Made by a program: the position numbers and the translations under genes. The notes below the pieces were generated by a model. That model did not search any database, was not told the DNA's origin, and saw only the letters and a program-made list of their open reading frames with translations. This document shows, piece by piece, positions 34,396 through 44,568 of a stretch of DNA of 64,000 bases. This DNA comes from Clostridia bacterium (GTDB lineage Bacteria > Bacillota > Clostridia > UBA1212 > DUPL01), in NCBI GenBank assembly GCA_050951325.1, contig JBMNIW010000001.1:256001-320000 (forward strand), written 5' to 3'. Every line of letters begins with the position of its first letter. Position 1 is the first letter of the stretch.

Positions 34396-35127
34396 TCAAT
34401 ATTTCTGAACCGGCTCTTCTGAGCTTATTATTCTAAATAGATTTTCAACCTCATCATCAGTTAAATGTCTCCATTTGCCTACAGGCAAGGTGCCAAGCTC
34501 TATATTCATAATTCTAATGCGTTTCAAATTGACAACCTTGTAACTCAGTTTGGTACACATTCTCCTTATTTGCCTGTTCAATCCTTGTGTAAGAATTATT
34601 TTAAATGCTCTGTTATTAATCTTCACAACCTTGCAGGGATTGGTTATCGCATACTCATTTCTAACTGGATTGTATATCTTAACGCCCTTTGACATTTTTT
34701 TCAGGAACTCATCCGTTATATCCTTGTCAACGGTCACAACATACTCCTTTTCATTATTGTTGGTGCTTCTTAAAACCTTGTTAACTATTCCACCGTCATT
34801 GGTAAGAAGAATCAACCCTTCGGAATCCTTGTCGAGTCTTCCTATAGGGAAGATGCGTTCAGGATAGTTTACAAAATCAACAATGTTTCCCTCTATATGT
34901 CTTTCCGTTGTGCATACAACACCCCTTGGTTTGTTCAGTGCGATATATACATATTCGCTTTTACCTTTAAGAAGTTTCCCATTTACCTCTACCACATCAT
35001 CCGGACTCACATCAGTACCAATTACTGCAACTGTATTATTTACCTTGACCTTCCCCTGTTTAATAAGTTCATCAGCCTGCCTTCTTGAGCATAGACCAGT
35101 TGAACTAATATATCTATTTAATCTCAT
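34396..35127 (-). CDS. rRNA pseudouridine synthase, RsuA/RluF family
   Basis: S4 domain RLNRYIS..GLCSRRQAD, GRLDKDSEGL, GLNRQIRRM. Confidence 0.92.
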   Translation of the reverse strand: MRLNRYISSTGLCSRRQADELIKQGKVKVNNTVAVIGTDVSPDDVVEVNGKLLKGKSEYVYIALNKPRGVVCTTERHIEGNIVDFVNYPERIFPIGRLDKDSEGLILLTNDGGIVNKVLRSTNNNEKEYVVTVDKDITDEFLKKMSKGVKIYNPVRNEYAITNPCKVVKINNRAFKIILTQGLNRQIRRMCTKLSYKVVNLKRIRIMNIELGTLPVGKWRHLTDDEVENLFRIISSEEPVQKY

Positions 35128-35309
35128 ATGTTCTCCTTTTCATTCTTCTTAAAATCACATATATTATCCCAACTAGTGTTTTATCTATGCCAGTTGTGAC
35201 TTGAACAAAAAAAACTCCCCTTTAGGGCATGCAGCCATTACGGGGAGGTTGCTATAACAATATATTCCACATAAATATATAAATCAATTGTATTTTGGTT
35301 AATTATGTG

Positions 35310-36941
35310 TTACGTATTGGTTATTTTTAGTCTGTTCCTTTCCTCTTCTATTACATCCTTGTCTATCCTTTCAAAAAGAATAGAGATATCGGTAAGCTGG
35401 TGGCCTTCCTTGACAAATTGAGGTTTCCAAGCTCTATCCAAACCAAGCCAGTCAATGGCTTTCTGCGAGGAAAAAGGAAGGATGGGCTCCAGCAAGACAG
35501 CAAGATTTGCAATTATCTGCACACAGTTATACAGTGTATTAAAACACTTTTCCTTATCACCGTGTCTCGTTTTCCACGGCTCCATTGTGTCGTAGTATTT
35601 GTTGCCAAAGCGCACAAGGTCAAAAATAACCTCAAGTGCTCCTTTAAACTGACCGTCTTCAAGCAAACTGCCTGCCTCTGAATATGCATCGTTAATCTTT
35701 TTTTCGATATCCTTTTCCAAGGCCCCGCAAGGAACAACTCCGTTATTATACTTAACTATAAAAGCCAGCGTCCTGTTGACAAAGTTGCCATATACCCCTA
35801 CAAGATCCGAATTGTTCCTCTCTGCAAACTCATGCCAGGAAAAGTCCGAATCCCTTTTCTCAGGACCATTTGCTAGGAAAAAGTATCTCAAAGAATCAGA
35901 ATTGTACCTGTCAACAATATCCTTTAACCATACCGCCCAGTTTTGACTTGTTGATATTTTTCTGCCTTCCAATGTCAAATATTCGCTTGAAACAATATCG
36001 TCAGGTAGTCTCAAGTTGTCACCATGAGCAATCAGCAGTGCAGGAAGAATTATCGTATGAAAGGGTATATTATCCTTGCCGTGGATGTAATAATGGCGTG
36101 CATTGCTTCCCCACACTTCCTTAAAATCAACACCCCTTTCATCTGCCACCTGTTTGCTGGCTGACAAATAACCAAGCACATTCTCCGCCCAAATGTATAT
36201 CTTCTTATCCTCAAACCCTAATCTGGGGACATCTATTCCCCAGTCAATGCTCCTGGTTATAGCTCTGTCCCTCAGTCCTTCATCCAGATATCTTTTGGTG
36301 AAGGCATAGGCATTCTTTCTCCAATGTGGTTTTGATAGCAGATAGTCCGAAAGATGCTTTTCCAGCTTTGATATGGCAAGATACAGCTGTTTGGTTGCAT
36401 AAAATACCACATTGGCTCCACATTCTGAACAAACAGGATCAATCACAGTATGCGGTTCCAGTACAGTACCACAATTGTCGCACTGGTCTGATCTTGTCTC
36501 CTTATTACAAATCGGACACAACCCTATTACAAGCCTGTCAGTTAGAACCTTTCCACATTGCTCACAATAAGCTTCAGGAGAAGTCTTTTCGTATACAAAC
36601 TCACTATCGTAAAGCTTTCTGTGAAACTCTGTCACAAATTCCTTATGAGCTTTATCCGTGGTCTTGGTATACAAATCATAACTAAAACCAAGCTTATCAA
36701 ATACACGCACAAACTCTTGATGATAAAATCCAGATATCTCTTCCGGTGTACGGCCTTCCTGCCTCGCCCTTATTGTCACCGGTGTTCCGTGACAATCACT
36801 TCCTGAAACATAAAACACCCTGTCACCTTTCAACCTATAATATCTTGCAAGAACATCACCAGGCAGCAAGGCTGCAATATGTCCTATGTGAAGGGAACCA
36901 TTGGCATAAGGCCACGCACCGCCAATAACTATGTTTTTCAT
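35310..36941 (-). CDS. metG: Methionine--tRNA ligase (MetRS2-type, no C-terminal tRNA-binding domain)
   Basis: GGAWPYANGSLHIGH, four CxxC pairs, HGKDNIPFH, KISTS. Confidence 0.95.
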   Translation of the reverse strand: MKNIVIGGAWPYANGSLHIGHIAALLPGDVLARYYRLKGDRVFYVSGSDCHGTPVTIRARQEGRTPEEISGFYHQEFVRVFDKLGFSYDLYTKTTDKAHKEFVTEFHRKLYDSEFVYEKTSPEAYCEQCGKVLTDRLVIGLCPICNKETRSDQCDNCGTVLEPHTVIDPVCSECGANVVFYATKQLYLAISKLEKHLSDYLLSKPHWRKNAYAFTKRYLDEGLRDRAITRSIDWGIDVPRLGFEDKKIYIWAENVLGYLSASKQVADERGVDFKEVWGSNARHYYIHGKDNIPFHTIILPALLIAHGDNLRLPDDIVSSEYLTLEGRKISTSQNWAVWLKDIVDRYNSDSLRYFFLANGPEKRDSDFSWHEFAERNNSDLVGVYGNFVNRTLAFIVKYNNGVVPCGALEKDIEKKINDAYSEAGSLLEDGQFKGALEVIFDLVRFGNKYYDTMEPWKTRHGDKEKCFNTLYNCVQIIANLAVLLEPILPFSSQKAIDWLGLDRAWKPQFVKEGHQLTDISILFERIDKDVIEEERNRLKITNT

Positions 36942-36965
36942 TGTAAACCCCCATTTCAAAATATA

Positions 36966-37256
36966 TTAAAAAAGCTCCCGCCCAGAAATATAATTTCTGG
37001 GACGAGAGCCAAGCTTCGTGGTACCACCCAAATTCATCCATTCCTCACGAAATGGACCTCTTCAAGTACGGGTAAATCATATCGTTTACCGATACTCTAT
37101 CTCTATAACGGGAGATCCCGTCGTAGCCTAAAAGAATAATTCTTCTCGGTACGCTGCTCCGAGGCCATGTTCGAAAGCCGTCGCTTTGCCCATTCTCAGC
37201 CCCCTGGGTTCTCTGTAAAAGCTATTGCTTCCTACTCTTCTCTTCAACGCATTTTA
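36966..37256 (-). promoter_or_regulatory. T-box riboswitch, Met specifier
   Basis: AGAGA and GCTGAGA stem-I motifs, specifier AUG at 37166-37168, GGGTGGTACCACG T-box, terminator with T tail upstream of metG. Confidence 0.92.
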
Positions 37257-37302
37257 AGTTTTATTTTATTTTGTGAAATATTAACACAAATGAGCTAAAA
37301 TA

Positions 37303-38559
37303 TCAACTTTTCACATCCAGAGTTAAAAACCGGGATGTTGTGATATAAGGGTTACCGCATACATGAGTTGTAAGCTCAATGTAGTAACTGTGTGCATCTT
37401 CAGGAAGCTTTACATGAATCACATCTCCCTCCACACTGCAGTCCACGGTAAACCACTCCTGATCTATTGTATCACACCACTCCAATTTATACCTACCATT
37501 GCGTGAATAACTGAGTTTCTCTTTAATATAATATGCTTTTGCAGTAACTTCATCCGCATCCTCAGGTATATCCATATAAAAAGAAACATTTCTTTCAGTC
37601 CCAATCTTTTCAATACATGTCGCAAAGGGCTTTGTACCTTTTACAATACAATCAGCAAACCTGTAAATCTCAGGAGCAATCCACCCTTCAATATGACCGT
37701 GCTGCATGTCCTGCTTCATTGAAAGAATGCCGTTTTTCGTATCTGCAAAGGATTTGTCGTTGGAATTGATGGAAAAACAAGAGTCATCAGTCCAACAGAG
37801 CCATAAAACTGGCATTTTTACACTATTCAATCTATGTGAAGGTTCCCAGATTTCTTTTGTTCCAGGATAGTTAAAATTGTCTTTAATCCAGGCAAGACTC
37901 TCATAAAGGTATCCGCTTCCATACACAGGTATGGCAAAGAGAAATCTGTCATCATAACCAATTGCAATTGAAGCTATTACACTTCCCCAGGAAATACCCG
38001 TAAGCCCTATTTTATCCTTGTCCACAAACTCCAACTGTCTTAGGATAGTGTTAGCTATTATGGTTTGACTGACTGCATGATACATCCATTGTTTATCAAA
38101 TGACTCCATGGATGTTGTCATGTTGTCAAAGTCAGGAGGAAGCACATAATCGTCATCCCTTAGTTCGCGTGTCCAGTTCTCAGGGTTATAGAAGTCGGTG
38201 ATTCCAGGCTTTACTGGATAGTAACCTGTATTGGCTATGGCAATGGCAGCATAACCTCTATCCGTCCATTCCTTTATCCAGGAAGGAAAGGTCCTGCCTC
38301 CTCCACCGTGTTGAAGAACCATACCTGGGACAGGATTGTCCTTTGATGCGTTTTCCGGAAAACCTATATATGCAAAAACCTTTGTGGGTTTACCCATATG
38401 TTCCTCTCCAATTATCCACATGGCTTTCATATTGGGATAACCTGCAGGATCATAATCAGAGCAATACTCAAATACAGCATCCTTTTTCTGTTTCAGCCCG
38501 GACAGCAGTATTTCCAATTCTATCTTTCGCTTGTCGTTATCATGATTCACAATTAACAC
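37303..38559 (-). CDS. Alpha/beta hydrolase (acetylxylan-esterase-like)
   Basis: HGGGG, GISWG nucleophile elbow, MQHGH. Confidence 0.8.
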   Translation of the reverse strand: MLIVNHDNDKRKIELEILLSGLKQKKDAVFEYCSDYDPAGYPNMKAMWIIGEEHMGKPTKVFAYIGFPENASKDNPVPGMVLQHGGGGRTFPSWIKEWTDRGYAAIAIANTGYYPVKPGITDFYNPENWTRELRDDDYVLPPDFDNMTTSMESFDKQWMYHAVSQTIIANTILRQLEFVDKDKIGLTGISWGSVIASIAIGYDDRFLFAIPVYGSGYLYESLAWIKDNFNYPGTKEIWEPSHRLNSVKMPVLWLCWTDDSCFSINSNDKSFADTKNGILSMKQDMQHGHIEGWIAPEIYRFADCIVKGTKPFATCIEKIGTERNVSFYMDIPEDADEVTAKAYYIKEKLSYSRNGRYKLEWCDTIDQEWFTVDCSVEGDVIHVKLPEDAHSYYIELTTHVCGNPYITTSRFLTLDVKS

Positions 38560-38573
38560 CTTCGTTTACTCAT

Positions 38574-39108
38574 TTAGATTCCATTTGACGCCTCTATATG
38601 CTTTTGTATTTCTTCTTCATGTATTTTGCAGTACTCAAAACTGGACATCATGAATGTACGAATATCCATCTCATCATACATCTTGTCTACAACCTCAAGC
38701 ACATAGTCTCCGTTTACCTTCATATCGAAAAAGAAGGGATAAATACAACCTCCATTTTCTCTTGGAAAATACGGTTCAATTGAAGCAAGACGCGGATCTT
38801 TTTTTATACTTTCCACCACCATCTCACTCAATATCCACTTCAATGACGGTATTTCATATTCTTCATATGAATCCTGAAACAGATTATTCCACACATGAAA
38901 CCAAACAAAGTAAATTTTCTCATGTACGGAAAAACCAATGGCCCCCTTCTCACTGATTAGGTAAAAAAACTCAAAAATGCTCTTTATCCAGCTGAGGATA
39001 AAACCAAAAAAGAGGGTCCGTCCAGAAGGAAGTTGCTTCTTCTGTCTGAAACCCAAGAATACTTTCAACCATGTGGTCAGCACCAGGATTTACAAATTCA
39101 ATATTCAT
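38574..39108 (-). pseudogene. Hypothetical protein, frameshifted
   Basis: GAGG + MNIEFVNPG...FYPQLDKEHF stops ~38970; continuation FSVHEKIYFVWF in another frame. Confidence 0.55.
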
Positions 39109-39118
39109 TACAACCTCT

Positions 39119-39703
39119 CTATTTCCTCTCATTCTTCAAAAGACCAATAAGTCCCATGGTGAGCGTTATAACTGTTTCAGCCATGAAGCGGGCTGATTTT
39201 TTCATATCATCGTCTAGCCACTTTTGAACAATTCCCACACATCCTGTTATGGTAAAGGAGTATACGTACTCCGCATCCTCTTTTGTAATGTTGCTGTTGT
39301 CTGTCAGTTCGTTTATGATGGTGTCATATACAAGGGTCATTACACTTTTCTGAAAGTTAAGACCACCTTTTTCGCTAAGGAGTATCTTGCATATTTTGGC
39401 ATTCTGTTTTATGTACTCAAAAATCTTCTCTGCCAGCAATACTGAATCAACTTCATCCTCGCTCTTTTCAAGTTCCGCCAAATAGTCCCTTATGTTGTCA
39501 AGAAGTTCATCCTGAATCTTTCTCATCAGGTCATACTGGTCGGTATAGTGGGAATAGAAGGTGGAACGATTAATATCAGCATCCTTGCAAATTTCCTTGA
39601 TGGTAATCTGGGAGATATCTTTCTTTTCAAGAAGGTTTATGAAGCTTTCTTTAATAACCATTCTTGTATACCTTACTCTTCTATCAAGCTTTACTTTCTT
39701 CAT
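39119..39703 (-). CDS. TetR/AcrR-family regulator
   Basis: ITIKEICKDADINRSTFYSHY; divergent from MMPL gene. Confidence 0.92.
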   Translation of the reverse strand: MKKVKLDRRVRYTRMVIKESFINLLEKKDISQITIKEICKDADINRSTFYSHYTDQYDLMRKIQDELLDNIRDYLAELEKSEDEVDSVLLAEKIFEYIKQNAKICKILLSEKGGLNFQKSVMTLVYDTIINELTDNSNITKEDAEYVYSFTITGCVGIVQKWLDDDMKKSARFMAETVITLTMGLIGLLKNERK

Positions 39704-39873
39704 TCACCACACCTCAATTTGCTGAATTTTGTTATATATCAATCACATTATACTCATATGTTTGACAACTAACATATAATAAGCATCTGTCTGTTGAGTT
39801 TTATCCATAATGTTATTAAACTGTATATATAATGTTTTGTCAACATCGTGTGCGTTAACAAAGGTGAGAGGAT

Positions 39874-41940
39874 ATGGACAGATTCTCGAATGCTATTATC
39901 AATCACAAAAGAATTGTTTTCTATCTATTTATAATTGCAGCACTGGTTTGCGCATTCCTGGCCATGTTTGTATCTGTCAATTACAACATGGTAGACTATC
40001 TCCCGAAGGATGCGCAATCCACTGTTGCGATTAGGATAATGGAGGACGAGTTTGAGAATGATTTTCCAAACGCAAGAGTCATGATACAGAATGTTTCTGT
40101 CATGGAAGCTTTTGAGTACAAGAAAAAGCTATCTTCCATAAGCGGGGTTCAATCTGTCACCTGGCTGGATGATGTAACAGGTATCGACATATTAAAAACC
40201 ACTCCTCTTGAGTTTTTGGACAATGCAATAGTTGAGAACTACTACAAGAACAAAAGCGCACTCTACACATTAACCATAGAAAGCGGCAAAGAACTGGATG
40301 CACTGAATGAAATATATAAGGTCATAGGGAAGGATAACGCAGTATCGGGTGATGCGGTCAGTCTTGCCAAAACTCAGGAGATGTCGGCAACAGAAGTATT
40401 AAAGGCTCTTGGAATACTTTTGCCGATAATAATTGTAATTCTTGTTGTATCAACCACATCATGGATTGAACCTGTTTTGTTTCTGTCCGCCATAGGTGCA
40501 GCAGTTCTAACCAACATGGGTACAAACCTCATATTTAAAGAAGTCTCATTTATAACCTTAACCGTAAGCCCCATATTACAGCTGGCGGTATCCATGGACT
40601 ATGCAATCTTTCTGCTTCACTCCTTTGAACATCACCGAAGAGATCACGAACCCAAACAAGCAATGGCTCTTGCAATGAAGCAGGCAGTACCAACCGTTGC
40701 AGCAAGCGCAATAACAACTGTCATTGGTTTTGCAGCACTGCTATTTATGCGTTTTGGGGTTGGTTCGGATTTAGGGCTCAACCTTTTTAAAGGTGTGTTA
40801 TTAAGCTTCATCTCAGTTATGGTGTTTTTGCCTGCCTTGACACTAATGCTCCATAAACTTATAGATAAAACCAAGCACAGAAAGCTGATACCAAGTGTTA
40901 ACAAGGCAGGCAATCTCTTAATGAAGCTTAGAATACCTTCATTAATAATTGCCCTACTTATAGTAATACCTTGCTTCTTAGGCCAGTCAGAAACAAAATT
41001 CCTTTATGGAACGGGAAGTATAGCTAATGTTGACCGCATAAAAAGAGATACAACCCTTATCAACAAAGAATTTGGCGATGAAAACATTTTTTCCTTGCTC
41101 GTACCAAAAGAAAATCCGGGCAAAGAGTCAGAACTCGCAAGCGAACTTGATAAGATGCCTTATGTTACAAACGTGGTTTCTTATTCAACTTATGTAGGCG
41201 CTGAAATTCCTCAGGAATTTGTTCCTAAGGATGTGTCAAAACAGTTCTACTCAGACAATTATGTAAGAATACTCATATACACCGACATGAAGGACGAAGG
41301 AAAAGAAACCTTCAAAACCGTTGAAACGATTAAAGATACTGCGGGCAAATATTACGATGAACATTACCTGGCTGGACAAAGCGCAACCTTATACGATATG
41401 AAGAATGTTCTTGATGTCGATACGAATGTGGTAAACGGCATTGCAGTACTTGGAATATTCATAACACTCCTCGTTACATTCCGCTCTTTGTCACTTCCAT
41501 TTATCCTCCTCTTCACCATTGAAACTGCCATATGGATAAATTTGTCCATACCATATTTCATGGGTAGTTCCTTAAGCTACGTAGGCTACCTCATTGTCAG
41601 CACAGTTCAATTAGGAGCAACCGTTGACTATGCCATACTGTTTACCAACAGTTATCTTGAAAACAGGAAGTCTCTCAGCAAAAAAGAAGCCATGACCAAA
41701 ACCATACAAACAAACGTATCTGCCATACTTACCTCAGCAGGCATTCTTGCCAGCGCAGGTTTTGCCATGGCCTTAACCACAAGTATACCCGTGGTTTATG
41801 ACCTTGGCGTCCTTGTTGGCAGGGGAACCTTGCTGTCCCTTGCCATGGTAGCCTTGGTATTACCTGCTTTGCTTGTTCTGTTTGACAAGGCAATTATGAA
41901 GACAACATTGAAAAACCAGTTTAAAATGGAGGGTGATTAA
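39874..41940 (+). CDS. MMPL/RND-family transporter
   Basis: Two repeats with LAVSMDYAIF and LGATVDYAIL; about 12 TM helices. Confidence 0.9.
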   Translation: MDRFSNAIINHKRIVFYLFIIAALVCAFLAMFVSVNYNMVDYLPKDAQSTVAIRIMEDEFENDFPNARVMIQNVSVMEAFEYKKKLSSISGVQSVTWLDDVTGIDILKTTPLEFLDNAIVENYYKNKSALYTLTIESGKELDALNEIYKVIGKDNAVSGDAVSLAKTQEMSATEVLKALGILLPIIIVILVVSTTSWIEPVLFLSAIGAAVLTNMGTNLIFKEVSFITLTVSPILQLAVSMDYAIFLLHSFEHHRRDHEPKQAMALAMKQAVPTVAASAITTVIGFAALLFMRFGVGSDLGLNLFKGVLLSFISVMVFLPALTLMLHKLIDKTKHRKLIPSVNKAGNLLMKLRIPSLIIALLIVIPCFLGQSETKFLYGTGSIANVDRIKRDTTLINKEFGDENIFSLLVPKENPGKESELASELDKMPYVTNVVSYSTYVGAEIPQEFVPKDVSKQFYSDNYVRILIYTDMKDEGKETFKTVETIKDTAGKYYDEHYLAGQSATLYDMKNVLDVDTNVVNGIAVLGIFITLLVTFRSLSLPFILLFTIETAIWINLSIPYFMGSSLSYVGYLIVSTVQLGATVDYAILFTNSYLENRKSLSKKEAMTKTIQTNVSAILTSAGILASAGFAMALTTSIPVVYDLGVLVGRGTLLSLAMVALVLPALLVLFDKAIMKTTLKNQFKMEGD

Positions 41941-43483
41941 AGTGAAAAGATTCTTTTCCTTTGTTCTCATACTGATACTTCTAACCTCTACAGTCCCAAT
42001 AAATGCGGACAATGAACCAACACACAAAGAAGAAGTGGTTTACGGCATTCTCAACCTTGATGGAAGTGTAAAGGGAATCCATGTAGTTAACATCTTTGAA
42101 GGCGGGAAAATACTGGACTATGGCAATTATTCAGAGATTAGAAACCTTACCTCCTCTGAAAAAATAAATAAGGATGGAGACAGGATAACCATAGACACGT
42201 CCTCGGATAAGTTCTACTATCAAGGAACTTTGAAGAAAAAAGAACTCCCCTGGGTAATCTCCATCAAATACTATTTTGACAACAAGGAGATAAAAGGCGA
42301 TGAGCTTGGCGGCAAAAGCGGTGATTTGAAAATACATATTACAGTCAAAAAGAATAAAAATGTAAATGATGTTTTCTTCAACAACCATGCCCTGCAAATA
42401 AGTTTGTCGCTTGATAATAGACTGTGCAGAAATATCAAAAGTGAAAATGCTACAGTTGCAGAAGCAGGCAGCAAAAAACAGCTTGCATACACGGTCTTGC
42501 CAGGCTTTGAGGCTGATATTGTAGTCACAGCCACCGTCAAGGATTTTGAAATGGATCCGATTCAGATAAACGGCATACGCCTTAACATGGGTATGGATGT
42601 GGACACAGGCGAGTTTACAAGACAAATATCAGAACTGGTTAATGCAATAAGGCTGCTTGACGAGGGTGCAGATGGTTTGCTTGACGGAGCCGCAAATCTG
42701 GCAAATGGAATGCAAAGCTATATTGACGGCCTCAATGCTTTCAAAAACGGTTTATCTCTCCTTCCGGACAGTGTGAATGAGATATATAATGGAGTTTCTC
42801 AAGTAAGTTATGGGTTGAATGAACTTGCAAAACAGAACGACTCTCTTCTTGCAGGGGCATTGGCAATTCAACAAGCTACCTTTGAGACGGTCAACATGCA
42901 GCTTGCAGGTATGGGATTGCCAACTCTTACCCCTGAAAACTATAGCGCAATACTTGCACCAATACCACAACTTGCAGAAGTAAAGCTTAAACTTGATGAA
43001 ATTGTTCAGTTTACAGAAGGTCTAAAAAGCTATTTAAACGGAGTGGGAGAGATTAGCAGCGGAACCAAGGAGCTTGAAAGAGGCATGTCAGAGTTCAAAT
43101 CCTCTGCCAATACAATAGCCGCTTCTGCAAATGAAATCTACAGCGCCGCTGTAACTATAAACAATGGGATAAAAGGACTAAAAGAAGGTCTTAATGAATA
43201 CAAACAAGGTACCGGCCAACTAAGAGAAGGTACAAAAGACTTGGTTGCCATGATAGATACACAGCTTTCAGAAATACTCTCACTTATATCCGAAGGAGAT
43301 GATGAAGTCGTATCCTTTGTTTCCGATAAAAACACCAATGTAGATTCTGTACAGTTTGTGCTTAAGACAGATTCTATTGAAAAACCAGTTTCCGAGAAAC
43401 CTGACAGCCCAAAATCCCCTACCCTTTCATTTTGGCAAAGATTGCTGAAACTTTTTGGGCTGTATAAGGATAAGGATGAATAA
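41933..43483 (+). CDS. Secreted YhgE/Pip-like protein with xxxLxxG heptad repeats
   Basis: Signal peptide, KEEVVYG, LLDEGADGLLDGAANLANG heptads; overlaps MMPL stop. Confidence 0.75.
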   Translation: MIKVKRFFSFVLILILLTSTVPINADNEPTHKEEVVYGILNLDGSVKGIHVVNIFEGGKILDYGNYSEIRNLTSSEKINKDGDRITIDTSSDKFYYQGTLKKKELPWVISIKYYFDNKEIKGDELGGKSGDLKIHITVKKNKNVNDVFFNNHALQISLSLDNRLCRNIKSENATVAEAGSKKQLAYTVLPGFEADIVVTATVKDFEMDPIQINGIRLNMGMDVDTGEFTRQISELVNAIRLLDEGADGLLDGAANLANGMQSYIDGLNAFKNGLSLLPDSVNEIYNGVSQVSYGLNELAKQNDSLLAGALAIQQATFETVNMQLAGMGLPTLTPENYSAILAPIPQLAEVKLKLDEIVQFTEGLKSYLNGVGEISSGTKELERGMSEFKSSANTIAASANEIYSAAVTINNGIKGLKEGLNEYKQGTGQLREGTKDLVAMIDTQLSEILSLISEGDDEVVSFVSDKNTNVDSVQFVLKTDSIEKPVSEKPDSPKSPTLSFWQRLLKLFGLYKDKDE

Positions 43484-43508
43484 AGGCTCTTCCCCCAAGA
43501 GCCTTTAT
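43481..43508. terminator. Bidirectional terminator
   Basis: TAAAGGCTCTT-cccc-AAGAGCCTTTA. Confidence 0.75.
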
Positions 43509-44479
43509 TCATATCCTTTATACATATCCATTACATACTTTGTCAAGTTGAAATCATTATCTGGATACTCAAAACAAAGTTTAACTGCAACTTCTTTTGA
43601 AACCTCACGAAAAAGATCGAGACATGTAAACAAAGAGTTCCAGCAGTTTTCATACGTATCCATTCTATATGTTGTCATAAGTCTGTTCCACAAACCATCA
43701 GAAACATACCTTTTCAAATATTTATAGTTCTTACCGACACTAAGAGAAAAGTGCGTTTCAAGACCTACCTTCCAGGACATCATCCTCAAAAGCTCCCGCC
43801 TCACTATACCAAGATGAGCTATTGAATAAAGTATTTCCCTTCGCATAAGTCCTTTAACAACATATGTGGACACATGCCAGAACTCATTGCAGCAGTCATC
43901 AAACTGCCTCATGGTAGGTTTCCTAATATGATACTCCTCATCCGTTGGTATAATCTTCTCCTTTATCCTGTTATCCTTGTCAAGAAGCACCGTTACAAGC
44001 TTGTCTCTTTTCAAATACTCCTCAAGACAATTCAAGGGAATCAAAGTAAGGTCCACTTTATTGTAGTCGTCAAACAGCATAAGATAGGAAAAACCCAATT
44101 CAGAAGGAGGAAACAGCTCCATATCCTCAGGCTTGGTTACCTCATCCACAAATTCGGAGTTGTAAAACAAGGTGGGTTTACCTTCGTACACTTTCAAAGA
44201 AAAAGGAGTTTCCAAATCCTGAACATATTTAAGCAGTTTTAAATTGTCCCAGGACAGTATTCCTGTTAAATACTGAAGATGAAAACTCATATCAGTAAGC
44301 TGTACAATTGTGCCATCAGATAAAAACATTGAGTTGCACATAAGAGGATTTATACCCAACCTATGTGTTTTGGAAAACTTCTTGTATACCTCTTTTGATA
44401 CCTTGACTCCTTTACTGACAACAAGGCATTTCAAATCTATCGAGTCAATCTCACAATTGTTTATGTAATATTTGTTCAA
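43505..44479 (-). CDS. Chimeric ORF: unrelated N-terminus fused to C-terminal part of aminoglycoside 6-adenylyltransferase (AadE/Ant(6))
   Basis: From KPEDMELFPP: FSYLMLFDDYNKVDLTL, VLLDKD, FDDCCNEFW, GKNYK; Ant(6) N-terminal GSR/DxD motifs missing. Confidence 0.8.
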   Translation of the reverse strand: MNKYYINNCEIDSIDLKCLVVSKGVKVSKEVYKKFSKTHRLGINPLMCNSMFLSDGTIVQLTDMSFHLQYLTGILSWDNLKLLKYVQDLETPFSLKVYEGKPTLFYNSEFVDEVTKPEDMELFPPSELGFSYLMLFDDYNKVDLTLIPLNCLEEYLKRDKLVTVLLDKDNRIKEKIIPTDEEYHIRKPTMRQFDDCCNEFWHVSTYVVKGLMRREILYSIAHLGIVRRELLRMMSWKVGLETHFSLSVGKNYKYLKRYVSDGLWNRLMTTYRMDTYENCWNSLFTCLDLFREVSKEVAVKLCFEYPDNDFNLTKYVMDMYKGYE

Positions 44480-44568
44480 GTTATCACCTCAAAAACTCAT
44501 GCAAACCTAATTCTATCATACGGTTTTCACGAGTTTTTAAAGAATAACAGATATTTTGTACTTTTTTG

